From the NCBI GenBank assembly GCA_016875995.1, contig VGOG01000001.1, forward strand, positions 7,386-71,385: a DNA stretch of 64,000 nt, in the 5' to 3' direction. The translations under genes and the position numbers were made by a program. Shown here piece by piece: positions 61,089-64,000 of this stretch (its first letter is position 1; the number at the start of each line of letters is the position of its first letter). This DNA is from Chloroflexota bacterium. GTDB lineage: Bacteria; Chloroflexota; Anaerolineae; VGOG01. The notes beneath the pieces were generated by a model. It worked only from the letters and a program-made list of their open reading frames with translations, was not told where the DNA came from and searched no databases.

Positions 61089-61601
61089 TTGCTGCACTTC
61101 TTGGATAGCCAAGACTACTTGCTGGTGACAGTGGTCATTGATAAGAAGAGCCATATCGAACGCTATGGAGCAGCAGCTTATCATCCTTATCACTACTGTC
61201 TCGCAGTCTTGTTAGAGCGCTACTGTGGCTTCCTGAACCATTTTCACGCTCAGGGCGATGTGATGGCTGAGAGCCGGGGGAGGAGAGAGGACCAGCAACT
61301 CAGAGCAGCTTATCACCGAGTCTATGAGAACGGCACCTACTTTCACGAAGCGGAGTTCTTCCAGCGGGTGCTGACCAGCAAGGAGATTAAGCTCAAACCC
61401 AAGTCAGCCAATAGCGCTGGGCTGCAACTGGCAGACCTGCTAGCGTACCCATGCAAACAGGAGATTCTCGCTGCTGAGAGGAAGATCGAGGATCCAGGGG
61501 ATGTTTTTGGAAAAGAAGTAGGTCGCCGTATTGAAGCGAAATACAATCGGCATTACCTTGATGGTCGCGTTTGGGGATACGGTAAAGTGCTCTTGGAATA
61601 G
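61089..61601 (+). pseudogene. DUF3800-family gene, apparently 5'-truncated
   Basis: LVTVVIDKKSH..YHYCLAVLLERY..GLQLADLLAYP match the middle and C-terminal DUF3800 motifs. The N-terminal DESG-type motif is absent, and the ORF opens with TTG 83 nt after the helicase stop. Confidence 0.5.
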
Positions 61602-61753
61602 AACCATAAAAGGGGCGAAAAATGGAGAAAGCCAGGAGTAACCCGGCTTTCCCCACGCTGGCCCTTCACGGGCCATCCACCTCCAGCTATCTGGATTGCT
61701 TAGATTGTAGCACACTTTGAAACTTCTGTCAAATTTCAACTCAGTAAAGTGAA

Positions 61754-62698
61754 ATGACCCATTTCAAACCCGCCTACCTCAACCTCCTCCGCTCCGGCGA
61801 GCTGAAGGAGCGGGTGAAGGAGGCGTATAAGCGGCTGGAGGGGTGCGATGTCTGCCCCAGGGAGTGCGGGGTGAACCGCAGGGAAAGCGCCAAGGGTGCG
61901 GTGTGCCGCACGGGGGAGCTAGCCTTTGTCTCCAGTTACAACGCCCACTTCGGGGAGGAAGCGCCCCTGGTCGGGCGGGGCGGCTCGGGGACGATTTTCT
62001 TTGCCTGGTGCAACCTGAACTGCCAGTACTGCCAGAACTACGAGATCAGCCAACTGGGCCACGGGCGAGAGGTGGAACCTGAGGATCTGGCCGCCATGAT
62101 GCTGCACTTGCAGGATACGGGCTGCCACAACGTCAACTTCGTCTCCCCTACCCACGTGGTGCCGCAGATCCTGGCCGGGCTGCTCATCGCCGCCGAGGCC
62201 GGCCTGCACCTGCCGCTGGTCTACAACAGCGGCGGCTACGATTCGCTGAAAACTCTGGCCCTGCTGAACGGCATCGTGGACATCTACATGCCGGACATGA
62301 AGTACGCCGACGCCGATATCGCTCTCCGCTACTCGAAGATAAAGAACTATCCGGCCATCAACCAGGCGGCGGTGAAGGAGATGCACCGCCAGGTGGGGGA
62401 TCTGGTCCTGGACGAGCGAGGGGTGGCTTTGCGCGGACTGCTGGTGCGCCACCTGGTGCTGCCGGAGGGGCTGGCCGGCACCGCTGAGGTCGTCAAGTTC
62501 CTGGCCCAGGAGGTCTCGACCAATACTTATCTTAATGTGATGGACCAGTACCGGCCGTGCTACAAGGCCCACGAATTGCCTCCCCTGAACCGCCGCCTCA
62601 CCTCCGAAGAGTACGCCGAGGCGGTGCGCCTGGCCCACGAAGCAGGGCTCAATCGGCTGGACGAGCGGAGGGCCAGGTTGATCTGGCTGTGGAGATAA
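61754..62698 (+). CDS. Radical SAM protein (PflX/PflA-like activase family)
   Basis: CDVCPRECGVNR, CNLNCQYCQNYEIS cluster motif, VNFVSPTH. Confidence 0.8.
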   Translation: MTHFKPAYLNLLRSGELKERVKEAYKRLEGCDVCPRECGVNRRESAKGAVCRTGELAFVSSYNAHFGEEAPLVGRGGSGTIFFAWCNLNCQYCQNYEISQLGHGREVEPEDLAAMMLHLQDTGCHNVNFVSPTHVVPQILAGLLIAAEAGLHLPLVYNSGGYDSLKTLALLNGIVDIYMPDMKYADADIALRYSKIKNYPAINQAAVKEMHRQVGDLVLDERGVALRGLLVRHLVLPEGLAGTAEVVKFLAQEVSTNTYLNVMDQYRPCYKAHELPPLNRRLTSEEYAEAVRLAHEAGLNRLDERRARLIWLWR

Positions 62699-62699
62699 G

Positions 62700-63905
62700 A
62701 TGAGCCTGAGAAAGAACCCTGAGAGAGTAGCCTGGATAATCCTCTCCATCGCCTTCGTCGCCTTCTGTTTCCTGGCGGTGAGCATCCCTCTTGGCATCCG
62801 CTGGTACATTATCAATGCCACCCAGGTGCACAAGACGTCCCTCGCCGCCATCAGAGGCACTGTTCAGGTGCAGGAGCCGGATGTGAATAAACCCTTCGCT
62901 TTCACAGGCAGCAAGGATGACGTGCCGGAGGGATCCATTATCACCACCGATGCCACCTCCCAGGCCTTCCTGGAGTTTTTCGAAGACAGCACCCTGCAAC
63001 TCTACAACAACAGCCAGGTGATCATCCAAAAGACACAGTCGCCTAGATTTGACCTCAGCCCCAGGCCCGATACCATCGCCCTGGAAGTGACCGGGGGAAG
63101 AGTCAGGATCGGCGTGGCGCCATCAATGCAATCCGACCTGCACTTCCAGGTGCAATCGCCCCACGTTGCTGTCGAATTGAAGGAAGATGGCAGCTACTCG
63201 ATAGAAGTGACCAGTGAGGAATCCCAGTTGACCGTGAGCCGCGGCCAGGCGAAGGTCACCGCTATGGGGAAGACGGTGGAGTTGGGGCGGGGAGAGAGGA
63301 CAACGGTGGAAATCGGCAGAGAGCCCCTGGGCCCCCTGCCACCGGAGCGAAACCTCATCGTAAACGGTGACTTCAGAGAGTCCCTGGAAAAGGGGTGGTT
63401 TCCCTACAGCGACCGGGATGACCCCAATGAGGCCCACGGCCGGGTGGAGATCGTCACCAGCGGCGCTCGCCAGGCAGTGCTCTTCCAGCGCCTGGGGGGG
63501 AACATCTACCGTGGCGATACAGGTATCATCCAGGCCATAAACAGGGACGTTCGCGACTACAGAGTCGTGGAGCTTCGCCTCTCGGTCATGCTCCTCTACC
63601 AAAGCCTATCCGGCGGCGGAGTATTACACTCCGAGTACCCCATCATGGTCCGCCTGGACTACAAAGATGCCTACGGAAACCCTAACCACTGGGTTCAGGG
63701 CTTCTATTACGAAAACCCTGCTAATTATCCCATCAGCGATGGCCTGGAAATTCCTCGCAACGTCTGGTACTCTTACGAGTCGGGCAACTTGATGGAAATC
63801 CTGGGGGACGTCAAGCCCGCCGACCTTACTTCCATAAGAATCTACGCCTCAGGCCACGACTACCAGAGCATGGTCACTGAGGTGGAGCTGCTGGCCAAGG
63901 AATGA
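62700..63905 (+). CDS. Membrane-anchored FecR-domain-like protein
   Basis: TM VAWIILSIAFVAFCFLAV, then IRGTVQVQ..EGSIITTDATSQAFLEFFEDSTLQLYNNSQVII (FecR-like beta pattern). Confidence 0.55.
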   Translation: MSLRKNPERVAWIILSIAFVAFCFLAVSIPLGIRWYIINATQVHKTSLAAIRGTVQVQEPDVNKPFAFTGSKDDVPEGSIITTDATSQAFLEFFEDSTLQLYNNSQVIIQKTQSPRFDLSPRPDTIALEVTGGRVRIGVAPSMQSDLHFQVQSPHVAVELKEDGSYSIEVTSEESQLTVSRGQAKVTAMGKTVELGRGERTTVEIGREPLGPLPPERNLIVNGDFRESLEKGWFPYSDRDDPNEAHGRVEIVTSGARQAVLFQRLGGNIYRGDTGIIQAINRDVRDYRVVELRLSVMLLYQSLSGGGVLHSEYPIMVRLDYKDAYGNPNHWVQGFYYENPANYPISDGLEIPRNVWYSYESGNLMEILGDVKPADLTSIRIYASGHDYQSMVTEVELLAKE

Positions 63906-63907
63906 TT

Positions 63908-63978
63908 CCGTGAAACGTGATGGGTGAAACGGGAGATCACGCATCACGTTCTCACGTTTCACGTAGTTGCTTCACGTA
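63908..63978. repeat. CGTGAAA/CGTTTCA heptamer-derived palindrome after the stop at 63905
   Basis: CGTGAAACGTGATG ... CATCACGTTCTCACGTTTCACG. Same unit as the array inside the Mo-enzyme gene. Confidence 0.7.
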
Positions 63979-64000
63979 CAGCGCTCGGATGTGGTTGAAG

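Overview
GC-rich bacterial chromosomal window. The gene content and repeat style look Chloroflexota-like, but that is inference only. I support about 60 protein genes.

Housekeeping genes: secG, tyrS, ileS, aspS, rluD, lspA, mgsA, an alaX-like editing protein, RNase H and a NatAB-type ABC exporter.

Accessory content:
- A Type I R-M system (hsdMSR) with a half-size HsdS.
- At least six toxin-antitoxin-like pairs.
- An SNF2 / SWIM / DEDD-exonuclease operon.
- A large N6-adenine methyltransferase paired with a PLD-nuclease/SF2-helicase, split by a REP-flanked RAYT transposase.
- A four-gene ThiF(E1-like) / nucleoside-deoxyribosyltransferase-like operon.
- A 12-kb cluster of secreted multi-domain cell-wall / gamma-glutamyl peptidases, including a 1693-aa fusion ORF.

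RNA features readable from the sequence:
- A tRNA-Arg(UCU) gene interrupted by a 276-nt group I-like intron.
- A canonical T-box leader in front of alaX-ileS.
- A roughly 215-nt rod-like structured RNA with its own promoter and terminator upstream of mgsA.

The window is also full of short tandem repeats, mostly heptamers such as GGAGATT, CCAATAT, CGTTTCA and GGGACAA. They occur between genes as palindromic arrays. They also occur in-frame inside coding regions, including ileS, a molybdoenzyme and the T-box leader, and at the domain junctions of the giant ORFs.

No CRISPR array, rRNA gene or prophage was seen. All homology calls come from recognising motifs by eye; no searches were run.
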